NCBI GenBank assembly: GCA_963777375.1
Contig: CAVZQH010000004.1
Span: 65,785 to 129,784 of the forward strand
Direction of reading: 5' to 3'
Length of the DNA: 64,000 bases
Source of the DNA: an uncultured Alphaproteobacteria bacterium
Lineage (GTDB): Bacteria; Pseudomonadota; Alphaproteobacteria; Rhizobiales; Xanthobacteraceae
Part shown: piece by piece, positions 11,111 through 19,605 of the stretch
Position numbering within the stretch: position 1 is the stretch's first letter
Layout of the letters: each line of letters starts with the position of its first letter
Translations under genes and position numbers: made by a program
The notes under the pieces: model-generated
Databases searched by the model: none
What the model was told of the DNA's origin: nothing
Seen by the model: the letters and a program-made list of their open reading frames with translations, nothing else

Positions 11111-11644
11111 TTGCACACGCCGACGACTATAGAAACCTCGTGGCCGGACGCGATCTACGCCCATTTCCGGCGCGTCGGCGTCCGCCAGGTCGGCTACGTG
11201 CCCGACGCCGGCCACAGCCGGCTGATCGGGCTGTGCCAGGATGATCCGGACATCGCCGACGTGGTGCTGACGACCGAGGAGGAAGGCGTCGGCCTCGTTG
11301 CCGGCGCGGCGCTGGGCGGTCAGCGCGCCGCGCTGTTGATGCAGTCGAGCGGCGTCGGCAACTGCATCAACATGTTTTCGCTGTTGCGCAATTGCGGTTT
11401 CGGCTGCATCGCCCTGGTGACCATGCGCGGCGAGTTCGGCGAATTCAATCCATGGCAGGTGCCGATGGGCGCCATCACCGCGGATGTGCTGCGGCTCGCC
11501 GGCTTTCTCACTTATCGCATCGAAAGCGCCGATGACGTCGACGACATCGTTGGCGCCGGCTGCGACATGGCGTTCGACGGCAATCTGCAGGTCGCGATCC
11601 TGCTGTCGCAGCGCCTGATCGGCCGCAAGCAGTGGACGCGATGA
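11111..11644 (+). CDS. TPP-dependent decarboxylase, alpha (N-terminal PYR-domain) subunit. Sulfopyruvate/phosphonopyruvate decarboxylase-like
   Basis: 177-aa ORF with a TTG start. GYVPDAGHSRLI...TTEEEGVGLVAGAALGGQRAALLMQSSGVGN resembles ComD-type split TPP enzymes. Confidence 0.65.
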   Translation: MHTPTTIETSWPDAIYAHFRRVGVRQVGYVPDAGHSRLIGLCQDDPDIADVVLTTEEEGVGLVAGAALGGQRAALLMQSSGVGNCINMFSLLRNCGFGCIALVTMRGEFGEFNPWQVPMGAITADVLRLAGFLTYRIESADDVDDIVGAGCDMAFDGNLQVAILLSQRLIGRKQWTR

Positions 11645-12210
11645 TGCTCGATCGGCGCGGCTTCGTGCGGCAACTGCTGATCGACCGCGGCGATTTGCTG
11701 GTGGTCAGCGGCCTCGGTTCGGCGACCTATGACGTCGCCGCCGCCGGCGATCATCCGCTCAACTTCTATCTCTGGGGCGCGATGGGCGGCGCCGCGATGA
11801 TCGGCCTCGGCCTGGCTTTGGCGCGGCCCGACCGCCGCGTCGCCGTGTTCACGGGCGACGGCGACATGCTGATGGGCCTGGGCAGCCTCGCCACCATCGG
11901 CGTCAAGCAGCCCAACAATCTCGTTATCGTCGTGCTCGACAACGCGCACTACGGCGAGACCGGCATGCAGGCGAGCCACACCAAGGCCGGCATCGATCTC
12001 GTCGCCACCGCGCTCGCTTGCCGCTTCAAGCATGCGCGCGCCGTTGCGCGTATGGAAGAAGCCGCGGAGGTCCGCGCGCTGCTGCAATCGGGCGTGGGTC
12101 CGGTTCTGGTCAATGCACGGATCAGCGACGAGGACGTGCCGCGCGTGCTGCCGCTGCGCGACGGCCATGCCATCAAGCAGCGGTTTATTGCGGCCTTGAA
12201 TGCCGTCTGA
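11641..12210 (+). CDS. TPP-dependent decarboxylase, beta (TPP-binding) subunit
   Basis: ATG 11641 overlaps the alpha stop (ATGA). GTG 11632 is an alternative start. TPP-binding motif GDGDMLMGLGSLATIG...VVLDNAHYGETG (GDG-X24-27-N type). Confidence 0.7.
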   Translation: MMLDRRGFVRQLLIDRGDLLVVSGLGSATYDVAAAGDHPLNFYLWGAMGGAAMIGLGLALARPDRRVAVFTGDGDMLMGLGSLATIGVKQPNNLVIVVLDNAHYGETGMQASHTKAGIDLVATALACRFKHARAVARMEEAAEVRALLQSGVGPVLVNARISDEDVPRVLPLRDGHAIKQRFIAALNAV

Positions 12211-12269
12211 AGTGCGGCGTAGGGCAATGCTGAAGCGATTGGCTCCGGGTTCTTTGGAAGGCTGGGCCT

Positions 12270-12585
12270 ATGTCTCTGCGGAATACCATAGAAGTGGTCA
12301 CAAAATTAGCGGAGCGGGGCATTATTCAGCGCTATGCGATCGCTGGCGCCGTTGCTGCGCTAAACTACATTCAGCCGAACTCTTACGGAAGAACTGGATA
12401 TTCTTGTATCGGTTGCGCATTTCGAGAGCCATCGATCGGGTCTGATTTTGCTTGCTCCAATCGAAAAAGCTTTGGCTGATATGGGATAGATTTAGCCGAA
12501 CTCAGAGATGTTCTAGAACGACCACGACCTGACGAATGACTGGCTGAGTTTTTGTGCGAAGGCTCTTATTGAAAATCCGCTTTAA
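12270..12585 (+). pseudogene. Decayed small ORF, possibly nucleotidyltransferase-fold (weak)
   Basis: Low-GC islet. MSLRNTIEVVTKLAERGIIQRYAIAGAVAALNYIQP continues only after frame hops as TLTEELDILVSVAHFESH...IEKALADMG, IDLAELRDVLER and HDLTNDWLSFCAKALIENPL. The G-A-x-A...DILV pattern is my only basis for the fold guess. Confidence 0.3.
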
Positions 12586-12604
12586 ACGACCTAATTTCTT
12601 TCAA

Positions 12605-12805
12605 ATGAAAAAGCATAATAATCGGTACCCCGACGTTTCAGACATATACGCTCGGAAGGCTTCTGGGCGTCGGCAGCGTGCAACCCTGAGCTTTGCGGAG
12701 AAGTTGGCTGTTTTAGACGCGCTGAAAGAACGTGTTGCGCCACTAATTCAAGCTCGCAAGTTACGACAGAAAAATCGAGTGCGACCGGCTTCCCGGGAAA
12801 CCTGA
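12605..12805 (+). CDS. Small hypothetical protein (66 aa), basic
   Basis: ATG 12605 lies 20 nt after the decayed ORF. MKKHNNRYPDVSDIYARKASGRRQRATLSFAEKLAVLDALKERVAPLIQARKLRQ. Low-GC islet. No family recognised. Confidence 0.4.
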   Translation: MKKHNNRYPDVSDIYARKASGRRQRATLSFAEKLAVLDALKERVAPLIQARKLRQKNRVRPASRET

Positions 12806-12836
12806 GCACACATTGAGGCGTGGCAGACCAAGCATT

Positions 12837-13133
12837 TTAATTAACGAACGCGGCAGAGCTGCGCGGCACTTTGAAGACTTCGCTGGTCTCCGGAACCAGA
12901 TAACGAATGGCATTCTTCTGCCACCGCTCAAATAATCCAGTCTGGCAGTTTGCCGCTGAGGACGTAACAATCCAGGGAGTCCCATCAGCAAGGCAAAGTT
13001 CGCCGTCCGCATCAGAAATTCTTGCCCAAGCGTTTAACTGCAAACTTTGAGCCATCAGTTTCTCGATTTCTGCGAGCGATAGACTGGCCTGTCCATGTGC
13101 CAAGCTATTTCTTTGTGTGTTAATTTCCCCCAA
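12837..13133 (-). CDS. Hypothetical protein fragment carrying an Rx4H (HEPN-type) motif at its very N-terminus, probably a 5'-truncated remnant
   Basis: 98-aa ORF MGEINTQRNSLAHGQASLSLAEIEKLM. RNSLAH fits the HEPN Rx4-6H signature. The ORF begins right at the GC transition next to the 2Fe-2S gene. Confidence 0.35.
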   Translation of the reverse strand: MGEINTQRNSLAHGQASLSLAEIEKLMAQSLQLNAWARISDADGELCLADGTPWIVTSSAANCQTGLFERWQKNAIRYLVPETSEVFKVPRSSAAFVN

Positions 13134-13177
13134 TGCGCGTGTCGCAGCGACGTCCGGATGAGTTCATCCGCATTCCG

Positions 13178-13642
13178 TCACCGCTTCGCCGCCAACTTCA
13201 CCGCCTCGATGATCTCCGGATAGGCGGCGCAGCGGCACAGGTTGCCGGCGAGGTAATGACGGATGTCGTCGTCGCTGGGGTCGGGGTGTTGCTTCAGCAA
13301 TTGATGCGCCATCAGCACGAATCCCGGCGTGCAAAAACCGCACTGGAACGCGCCGCAGTCGATGAAGGCCTGCTGCACGTTCGAGAGCGCGCCATCGGCA
13401 TCAAGCGCCTCGACGGTGGTGACGCTCTTGCCGTCGACCCAGATCGCAAAATACAGGCAGCCCGACACCGCCTTGTTGTCGACCAGCACGGTGCAGCAGC
13501 CGCACAGCCCCTGGCCGCAGCTTTCGCGAGCGCCGAACAGATCGAAACGCTGCAACAGCTCGACGAGATTGCGATGCGGCTCGATCTCGGCGCTGACTTC
13601 TTCGCCGTTGAGCGTGAAATTAATGGAACGCATGCCCATCAT
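13178..13642 (-). CDS. Molybdenum hydroxylase (xanthine dehydrogenase/CO dehydrogenase family) small subunit, [2Fe-2S]-binding
   Basis: Intact 154 aa. Plant-type cluster CGQGLCGCCTV and second cluster CGFCTPGF...CRC. Confidence 0.9.
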   Translation of the reverse strand: MMGMRSINFTLNGEEVSAEIEPHRNLVELLQRFDLFGARESCGQGLCGCCTVLVDNKAVSGCLYFAIWVDGKSVTTVEALDADGALSNVQQAFIDCGAFQCGFCTPGFVLMAHQLLKQHPDPSDDDIRHYLAGNLCRCAAYPEIIEAVKLAAKR

Positions 13643-13654
13643 TCGGACTCCGAT

Positions 13655-13860
13655 TTATCCGCCCCCGCGAAGCGGGGGAGGGGGACCATGCGAAGCATGG
13701 TGGAGGGGGCCGCTGAGTCGCGGATGCGATCAGCGCAGAGGCAAACCAAAAAATCGAATAGTTTGAAGCTCAATCGACGACGTCTTTGGTCCTTCGTGGC
13801 CGAGGCCCCCTCCACCGCGCTGCGCGCGGTCCCCCTCCCCCGCTTCGCGGGGGCGGATAA
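13655..13860. repeat. MITE-like element: about 56-bp near-perfect terminal inverted repeats flanking about 90 bp
   Basis: The left arm TTATCCGCCCCCGCGAAGCGGGGGAGGGGGACCATGCGAAGCATGGTGGAGGGGGCC (13655..13711) matches the reverse complement of the right arm (13804..13860) except in the central ATGCGAAGCAT/GCGCGCAGCGC segment. It sits between the large- and small-subunit genes. Confidence 0.8.
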
Positions 13861-13925
13861 TACCTCAGCGCCCATGCGCTTTCGCGAAGTCGAGCGGAAT
13901 CTGATGCAACCCTGCGCTTTTCTCA

Positions 13926-16193
13926 TCATTCGTCCTCGAATGGGCGGCCTTGTTTCTGGCGCAACGCGCGCAGCACCGCCTCGGCTGTGATCGGCAGTTC
14001 CATGATCCGCACGCCGACGGCGTCGTGGATCGCGTTGGCGATCGCCGGCGAGACGCCGAAGGTTCCCGATTCGCCAACACCCTTGGCGCCGAACGGGCCG
14101 GAATGTTGCGCGGCATCGACCAGCTCATTCTCCATCGGCGGAATGTCGCGAATGCCGGGAATCTTGTAGTCGGCAAGCGACGCGTTGGTCACCTGGCCGC
14201 CATCGAGATTCATGACTTCGGACAGCGTGAACCCGAGCTGCATGGTCGCGGCGCCGGAAAGCTGGGTGCGGACGACACCGGGATTAATCGGCCGGCCGCA
14301 GTCGGCGGCGTTGATCAGCCGCAGCACGCGCACCGCGCCGGTCTCGGTGTCGACCTCGACTTCGACGCCGGCGCCGCCAATCATCCAGAATGGCGTAACG
14401 TTGTCCGACAGCCCGGTCTGCGCGTCAGGCGACTTATAGGCCGGCACGTAGCTGGCCGAGCCGATCACATTGCCGGCCTGCATGCCGAAGCGCTTCTTGA
14501 AGATTTCCGCCGGCGGATAATTGGTGCCTTCCGGCAATCCGGCCTCGGCGGCGAGGGCGCGCAGTTTTCCGCGCGCATCTTCGGCCGCGAGTCGCACCGC
14601 GTTGCCCATGTGGAACAGCGAGCGCGAGCCCAGCGTGCTCATATCGTAAGGCGTTACATCGGTATCCGGATGGACGATGCGAACGGCTTCCGCCTTGATG
14701 TCGAGCACCTCGGCGGCGATCTGCGCATAGGCGGTGTCCGAGCCCTGGCCCATATCGACCGTGCTGGTACAGAGCGTGGTTGAGCCGTCGGCGCCGACAT
14801 TGACGATCGCGACCGACGTGGTCGGCGAGATCGAGGCCTTGAAGCCGATGGCGATGCCGCGGCCGCGGCGAATCGTGCCGATGCCGCGATCGAACGGCTT
14901 GTTCCAGCCCAGGCGCGCGGCGATCGCATCGAGTACCTCGGCGATGGCGGCGTCCGTCATTGCGGTGCCGCTCGCCTGCGGACGATCCTGGCGCAGAATA
15001 TTCTTGCGGCGGAACTCGACCGGATCGATGCCGAGTTCGCGGGCCAGCAGATCGGTGTGGCTCTCGTAGGCCCAGACCAATTGCGGAATGCCGAAGCCGC
15101 GCAGCGCGCCCGCCGGCGTGCGGTTGGTGTAGACCTCGTAGGAATCGATGCTGACGTTCTCGATGTCGTAGGGCCCCGGCGACGTGAAGCCGGATTTCTG
15201 CGTCACCCGCGGCCCGATATCCGCATAGGCGCCGCCGTTCCAATGCACCTCGCACGCGCGCGCGATCACGCGGCCGTCCATGCTGACGCCGCTCTTGATG
15301 CGGAACGTCGTGGGATGCTTGGTGATCATGTAGAACTGCTCTTCCATCGTCAGCGCGATCTTGACGGGCCGGCGGACGATGACAGCGAGCGCGGCGACCA
15401 TGGCTTCGAGCTTGACGTAGACCTTGGCGCCAAAGCCGCCGCCGAGATAAGGCACCTTCACCCGCACGCGGTTCTCGGGCCAGCCAAACAGGCGCGCGAG
15501 CTCGGAGCGCACGAACGACGGCGATTGGCTCGATGTGTAGATGGTCAACGTGTCGTCGCCGGGCTCGGCGACCGACACGAATGACTCAAATGGCAGATGC
15601 AGGCATTGCTGCGTCTTGAACGTATGTTCGATCACGCGCGCGGCGCGCGCGAAGGCGCCGTCGACGTCGCCGCGCCGCAAGTGATAATCGAGCGCCACAT
15701 TGGTGCCGCTGCGGCCTTTGAGATGCTTGAGATCGGCGAATGTGCCGGCCGGCTTGAGCACGTCGTGAACGACAATGTCCGGCTGCATCGCCTCGATCTC
15801 GTCGTATACGGCCGGCAGCTCTTCATAGTCGGCCTCGATCAGCTGCACGGCCCGCTCGGCGACATGCGGATCGCTCGCCAGCACGACCGCAACCGCCTCG
15901 CCGACATGCCGCACCTTGTCGAGCGCCAGGATCGGCTGGTCGTGAAACGCCGGGCCGTAATAAGGCTCCGGAATGAGTTTTCGGATGTCTTCGCCGGTCA
16001 CAACGCGATGCACGCCCTTAACCGCGCGTGCCGCGCCGGTATCGATGCCGCGGATACGGGCGTGCGGCACCGTGGCGCGAAAGACCTTGCCGTACAGCAT
16101 GGCCGGGAGACGCAGATTGTAAGTGTATTCGGCGCGTCCGGTCACCTTGGCGCGGACTTCAAGCCGCGGGATGGTTCGCCCGACCTGATCCAT
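13926..16193 (-). CDS. Molybdenum hydroxylase large (molybdopterin-binding) subunit
   Basis: Intact 755 aa. GGGFGAKV, ALRGFGIPQ and GPFGAKGVGESG are motifs typical of the aldehyde oxidase/xanthine dehydrogenase family. It lacks the CODH AYxCSFR/AYRGAGR loop. Confidence 0.9.
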   Translation of the reverse strand: MDQVGRTIPRLEVRAKVTGRAEYTYNLRLPAMLYGKVFRATVPHARIRGIDTGAARAVKGVHRVVTGEDIRKLIPEPYYGPAFHDQPILALDKVRHVGEAVAVVLASDPHVAERAVQLIEADYEELPAVYDEIEAMQPDIVVHDVLKPAGTFADLKHLKGRSGTNVALDYHLRRGDVDGAFARAARVIEHTFKTQQCLHLPFESFVSVAEPGDDTLTIYTSSQSPSFVRSELARLFGWPENRVRVKVPYLGGGFGAKVYVKLEAMVAALAVIVRRPVKIALTMEEQFYMITKHPTTFRIKSGVSMDGRVIARACEVHWNGGAYADIGPRVTQKSGFTSPGPYDIENVSIDSYEVYTNRTPAGALRGFGIPQLVWAYESHTDLLARELGIDPVEFRRKNILRQDRPQASGTAMTDAAIAEVLDAIAARLGWNKPFDRGIGTIRRGRGIAIGFKASISPTTSVAIVNVGADGSTTLCTSTVDMGQGSDTAYAQIAAEVLDIKAEAVRIVHPDTDVTPYDMSTLGSRSLFHMGNAVRLAAEDARGKLRALAAEAGLPEGTNYPPAEIFKKRFGMQAGNVIGSASYVPAYKSPDAQTGLSDNVTPFWMIGGAGVEVEVDTETGAVRVLRLINAADCGRPINPGVVRTQLSGAATMQLGFTLSEVMNLDGGQVTNASLADYKIPGIRDIPPMENELVDAAQHSGPFGAKGVGESGTFGVSPAIANAIHDAVGVRIMELPITAEAVLRALRQKQGRPFEDE

Positions 16194-16201
16194 CGCTGCA
16201 C

Positions 16202-17068
16202 CTATGTGGCGGTTTCGGCCAGCGCCTGCCGGACGGCGCGGCGCAGATAAACCCGCAGCAGTTCTCGCTTGTAGGCGGCGGAGCCATGGGCGTCGGCGAG
16301 GATCGAGGCTTCCGCCACTGCCGCCTCGCCGGCTCGCGCCAGCACGGCATCGTCGGGCGCCGCGCCTTGCAGCACCTTCTCGGCGCCCGCCATGCGGGAG
16401 ACCTTCTCCGTCGCGGCGCTAACGACGACGATCGGATCGCGCACCGCGCCGTCCTTGAACGTAAACGACACCGCGACGCCGAGCGAAGGCCAATCGTCGG
16501 CGGAGCGTGAGGTGACTTTTATGTACGCGGTCTTGCGGCCATCGAGCGCTGGCACGGTCACGGCGGTGATGAGCTCGTTCTTGTCCAGAACGGTCTCGTA
16601 GTAGCCGGCGTAAAGCTCTTCGAGCGGCAATTCACGGTCGCCGTTTGGGCCGCTGATCGAGACATGGGCGCCGAGCGCGGTCAGCACCGGCGGCAGATCC
16701 ATATGCGGATCGCCGTGCGCCAGCGCGCCGCCGACGCGCGCGACGTTGCGCACGCGCACGTTCGACAGCGTACGCATCGCGTGCTTGAGCACCGGCAATC
16801 GCGCCGCGATATTCGCGTCATGCTCCACTTCGCTCAACGTCGCCATGGCGCCGATGCGCAATGCGCCATCACCGGTGACCGTGATGCGTGCGTAATCGGC
16901 CTCGATGCCATGCAAACAGACCAGGCGGGTCGGCGTAAACACGCCCGCCTTCATCATCAGCATCAGCGCGGTTCCGCCCGCCACGGCACGGATCGTCGGC
17001 TCTTGCGGATCGAGCAACGACACCGCCTCCTTGAGCGATTTCGGCTCCACCATTTCGAACGGAATCAC
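16202..17068 (-). CDS. Molybdenum hydroxylase medium (FAD-binding) subunit
   Basis: Intact 288 aa. The layout AVAGGTALMLMMK...GGALAHGDPHMDLPPVLTALGA is CoxM/XdhB-like. The stop is 8 nt before the large-subunit start. Confidence 0.85.
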   Translation of the reverse strand: MIPFEMVEPKSLKEAVSLLDPQEPTIRAVAGGTALMLMMKAGVFTPTRLVCLHGIEADYARITVTGDGALRIGAMATLSEVEHDANIAARLPVLKHAMRTLSNVRVRNVARVGGALAHGDPHMDLPPVLTALGAHVSISGPNGDRELPLEELYAGYYETVLDKNELITAVTVPALDGRKTAYIKVTSRSADDWPSLGVAVSFTFKDGAVRDPIVVVSAATEKVSRMAGAEKVLQGAAPDDAVLARAGEAAVAEASILADAHGSAAYKRELLRVYLRRAVRQALAETAT

Positions 17069-17099
17069 AGGATGCTTCTCCCGGCGGTTTCTTGATGGT

Positions 17100-17939
17100 T
17101 CAGGCGGTTGCCATGCTCAGCATATGATCGGCGATTTCGGCGCGGGTGCCGACCCAGATGTCCGGCGCCGACATCGCCTGCGCGATGATCTTCTCATAGA
17201 AATAGGCGCCGCGATGGTGGCCGAAGATATGGGCATGGCTTGTGACGTCGATGATGCGAAGCTCGTCGGCGCGTGCGCGCGCGACCTCGATCACCTCATT
17301 GAATGACTCAAGCATCATGCGGGGCGGATGGCCGTATTTCATCGAGGGCATGTCATTGACATCATAGGACAGCGGAATTGCAACGATCCTCGTGTTGCCA
17401 TGGTTCGCGACGTAAGGCAGGTCCGTATCGAACACATCGCCATACCAGCGGTAGCCGGCCTCGGCGAGGAGCTTGGGCGTGGACAGCTTCGACGTGCCGC
17501 GCGGCGACAGCCAGCCGATGACTTTCTGACCCGACGCCTTTTCGAGCAGCGCGGTGCACCGTTCGATGTTCTTGCGCTCGTCTTCGTCCGACAACAGCGC
17601 CGGTATCACGTCCATCGCGTAGGAATGCGACAGCACTTCGTGGCCGCGCTTAGCGATGGCCTTGACGGCCGCAGGTGAGCGTTCGGCAATGATGGCGTTG
17701 ACCATCACGCTCGCCTTGGCGCCGTGCCGCGCGAACCCGTCCATAAGGCGATGGATGCCGACCTCGACCCCGTAGGCGGCCCAGGAGATCGCCATGGTGT
17801 CGAGCACGCCGGCGGGCAACGGGTTGCCCATCGGGCTGATGCCGGGTGCTTTGCCGTCCGACCATGCTTCAAGACAGACATTGAAGACGACGGCGATGCG
17901 CTTGCCGTTCGGCCACACCCATTTCGGCTGTTGCTTCAT
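17100..17939 (-). CDS. Polysaccharide deacetylase (CE4) family protein, PuuE/allantoinase-like
   Basis: Start MKQQPKWVWPNGKRIAVVFNVCLEAWSDGK (ATG 17939 verified). HEVLSHSY and later His motifs are typical of the CE4 NodB-homology fold. Confidence 0.7.
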   Translation of the reverse strand: MKQQPKWVWPNGKRIAVVFNVCLEAWSDGKAPGISPMGNPLPAGVLDTMAISWAAYGVEVGIHRLMDGFARHGAKASVMVNAIIAERSPAAVKAIAKRGHEVLSHSYAMDVIPALLSDEDERKNIERCTALLEKASGQKVIGWLSPRGTSKLSTPKLLAEAGYRWYGDVFDTDLPYVANHGNTRIVAIPLSYDVNDMPSMKYGHPPRMMLESFNEVIEVARARADELRIIDVTSHAHIFGHHRGAYFYEKIIAQAMSAPDIWVGTRAEIADHMLSMATA

Positions 17940-18060
17940 TTGCGGCTCCGCAGGCGCCGGCCGGCCCCGCATCGCGTCGGAGGCTCGAAACCGAGGTTAA
18001 ATCACAGGAAGGTTGACCGCGTCGAGACGGCCGCGCGGTCATGACGCTGGCGCGAAACAA

Positions 18061-19605
18061 TCAGACCGCATCGCGCGTGGGTGGGCTCATGAACCAGGCG
18101 CCCGCGAGCACGGCCAGCGCGATCAGCGCCGGGGCGGCCGCGAGCCAGAGGCTGCCGCCGGCAATTGCGGCCGTGGCGGCCCAGCCGATCGACGAAAACG
18201 CCTCCGCGAACGTCGCCAGCCGCGAGGACACCTGGCGCCGGCGAAACAGGCTGCGTTTGGCCTGGGTGCGGAACCAGAGCTGGATGGCGGTTGCCGTCGC
18301 CGCCGCGATGACGATGCCGCCGCTCGTGACCAGCGCGTGCCAGGGCGAAGCAATGGCGAGCGCAACGATCAGCGGCGCGAAAACGATGGCGATGATGCCC
18401 AGCACCGCCTCGATCTTGGCGCACAGGATGAAACTGCGCGGCACCGGCGCGGTGGCGACGAGGTCGGGCGCGTCTTCGCCGGAGATCGCGAGCCAAGCAA
18501 GGCCGCCGGCGAGCTGCCCGGCCGCCATCACCAGCACGGGCACGAACAGCTGGAATGCCCCATTGCCCGCGTCGAAAGTGCGCCACAGCAGAACCGCCGG
18601 CGGCAGGAGATAGAGCATCTGCATGAGTGTCTGCGACACCAGCCAGGGATCGCGCCGCAGCAGGATCCATTCCTTACGGCGCAACGCCTGCCGCGGCGAA
18701 GTTTTCCGGAACGCGACCGGCCGCGGGGCGTGACTGACCTGCGAACCGCCGGCGCCTGCCGCCGCGATGGCGTATGCGCCGAAGCGTGGCGCGACCATCG
18801 CGATGACCATGCCGAGCAACGCGCCGCTCGCGGCGAGCACGCCGACGAGCGCGATGCCGTCGCCCATGGCGGCGCGCGCCGGCCACCACAACAGGCTACC
18901 GATATTGGGCGCCAGCGCCTGCACGGCGTCCGACTGCATCACGCTCGCCCGCGACAATGTTCCGAACGACAGCACGGCCACGATCTGCAGGCCGATGACG
19001 AATACCGCGCCGATCACGGCGGCGACGACCTGCGCCACGAAGCGGGTGCGTCTCGGACCGATGACGCGAAACAGCGCAACTGTGAGGCTTACAGCGAGCG
19101 CGGTCGCGGCGGCGCCCATCGCCACGACCAGCCCGTAACCGCCCATCCAGCGCAACCCGCCGCGCGCGACCAGCACATCGATGAACGGCGCGGCGATTGG
19201 GACCGCCATCACCGACGTCAAAAGCGCGACGGTTGCAATCCGCACGGCAAACAGCCTCGCCGCGGCGACCGGCGAAGCGAGGATGAGATCGAGATCGGCG
19301 CGCGCGTAGAAGGCGCGCGTTACCGATTCCATCGCTTGCGACACCATCAGCAGCCACGACATCAGCACGCTTGTGCTGATTGCGATTAGCGTCGGTTTGT
19401 CGAAGGCGGCATCGGCGTAGCCGCCGACCATCCAATTGGCGACAACGTGCATGAAGATGAAGAACGCCGCGCCGGCGATCACGACCCGGCGCAGGCGTTC
19501 GCGGCGTCCGGCCGTTATCATGCCGAGCCAATCGCGCCAGGCGAGCCGCAATTCGTGCCGTGCAAACCAGACGGCGGTGCCGGACTGGACCGCCATTAAG
19601 CTCAT
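18061..19605 (-). CDS. ABC exporter permease (large polytopic membrane protein, 514 aa)
   Basis: ATG 19605 (MSLMAVQSGTAVWFARHELRLAWRDW) overlaps the ATPase stop (ATGA). Hydrophobic throughout. The first 133 codons of ORF 18061..20004 are overprint on the ATPase gene. Confidence 0.75.
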   Translation of the reverse strand: MSLMAVQSGTAVWFARHELRLAWRDWLGMITAGRRERLRRVVIAGAAFFIFMHVVANWMVGGYADAAFDKPTLIAISTSVLMSWLLMVSQAMESVTRAFYARADLDLILASPVAAARLFAVRIATVALLTSVMAVPIAAPFIDVLVARGGLRWMGGYGLVVAMGAAATALAVSLTVALFRVIGPRRTRFVAQVVAAVIGAVFVIGLQIVAVLSFGTLSRASVMQSDAVQALAPNIGSLLWWPARAAMGDGIALVGVLAASGALLGMVIAMVAPRFGAYAIAAAGAGGSQVSHAPRPVAFRKTSPRQALRRKEWILLRRDPWLVSQTLMQMLYLLPPAVLLWRTFDAGNGAFQLFVPVLVMAAGQLAGGLAWLAISGEDAPDLVATAPVPRSFILCAKIEAVLGIIAIVFAPLIVALAIASPWHALVTSGGIVIAAATATAIQLWFRTQAKRSLFRRRQVSSRLATFAEAFSSIGWAATAAIAGGSLWLAAAPALIALAVLAGAWFMSPPTRDAV

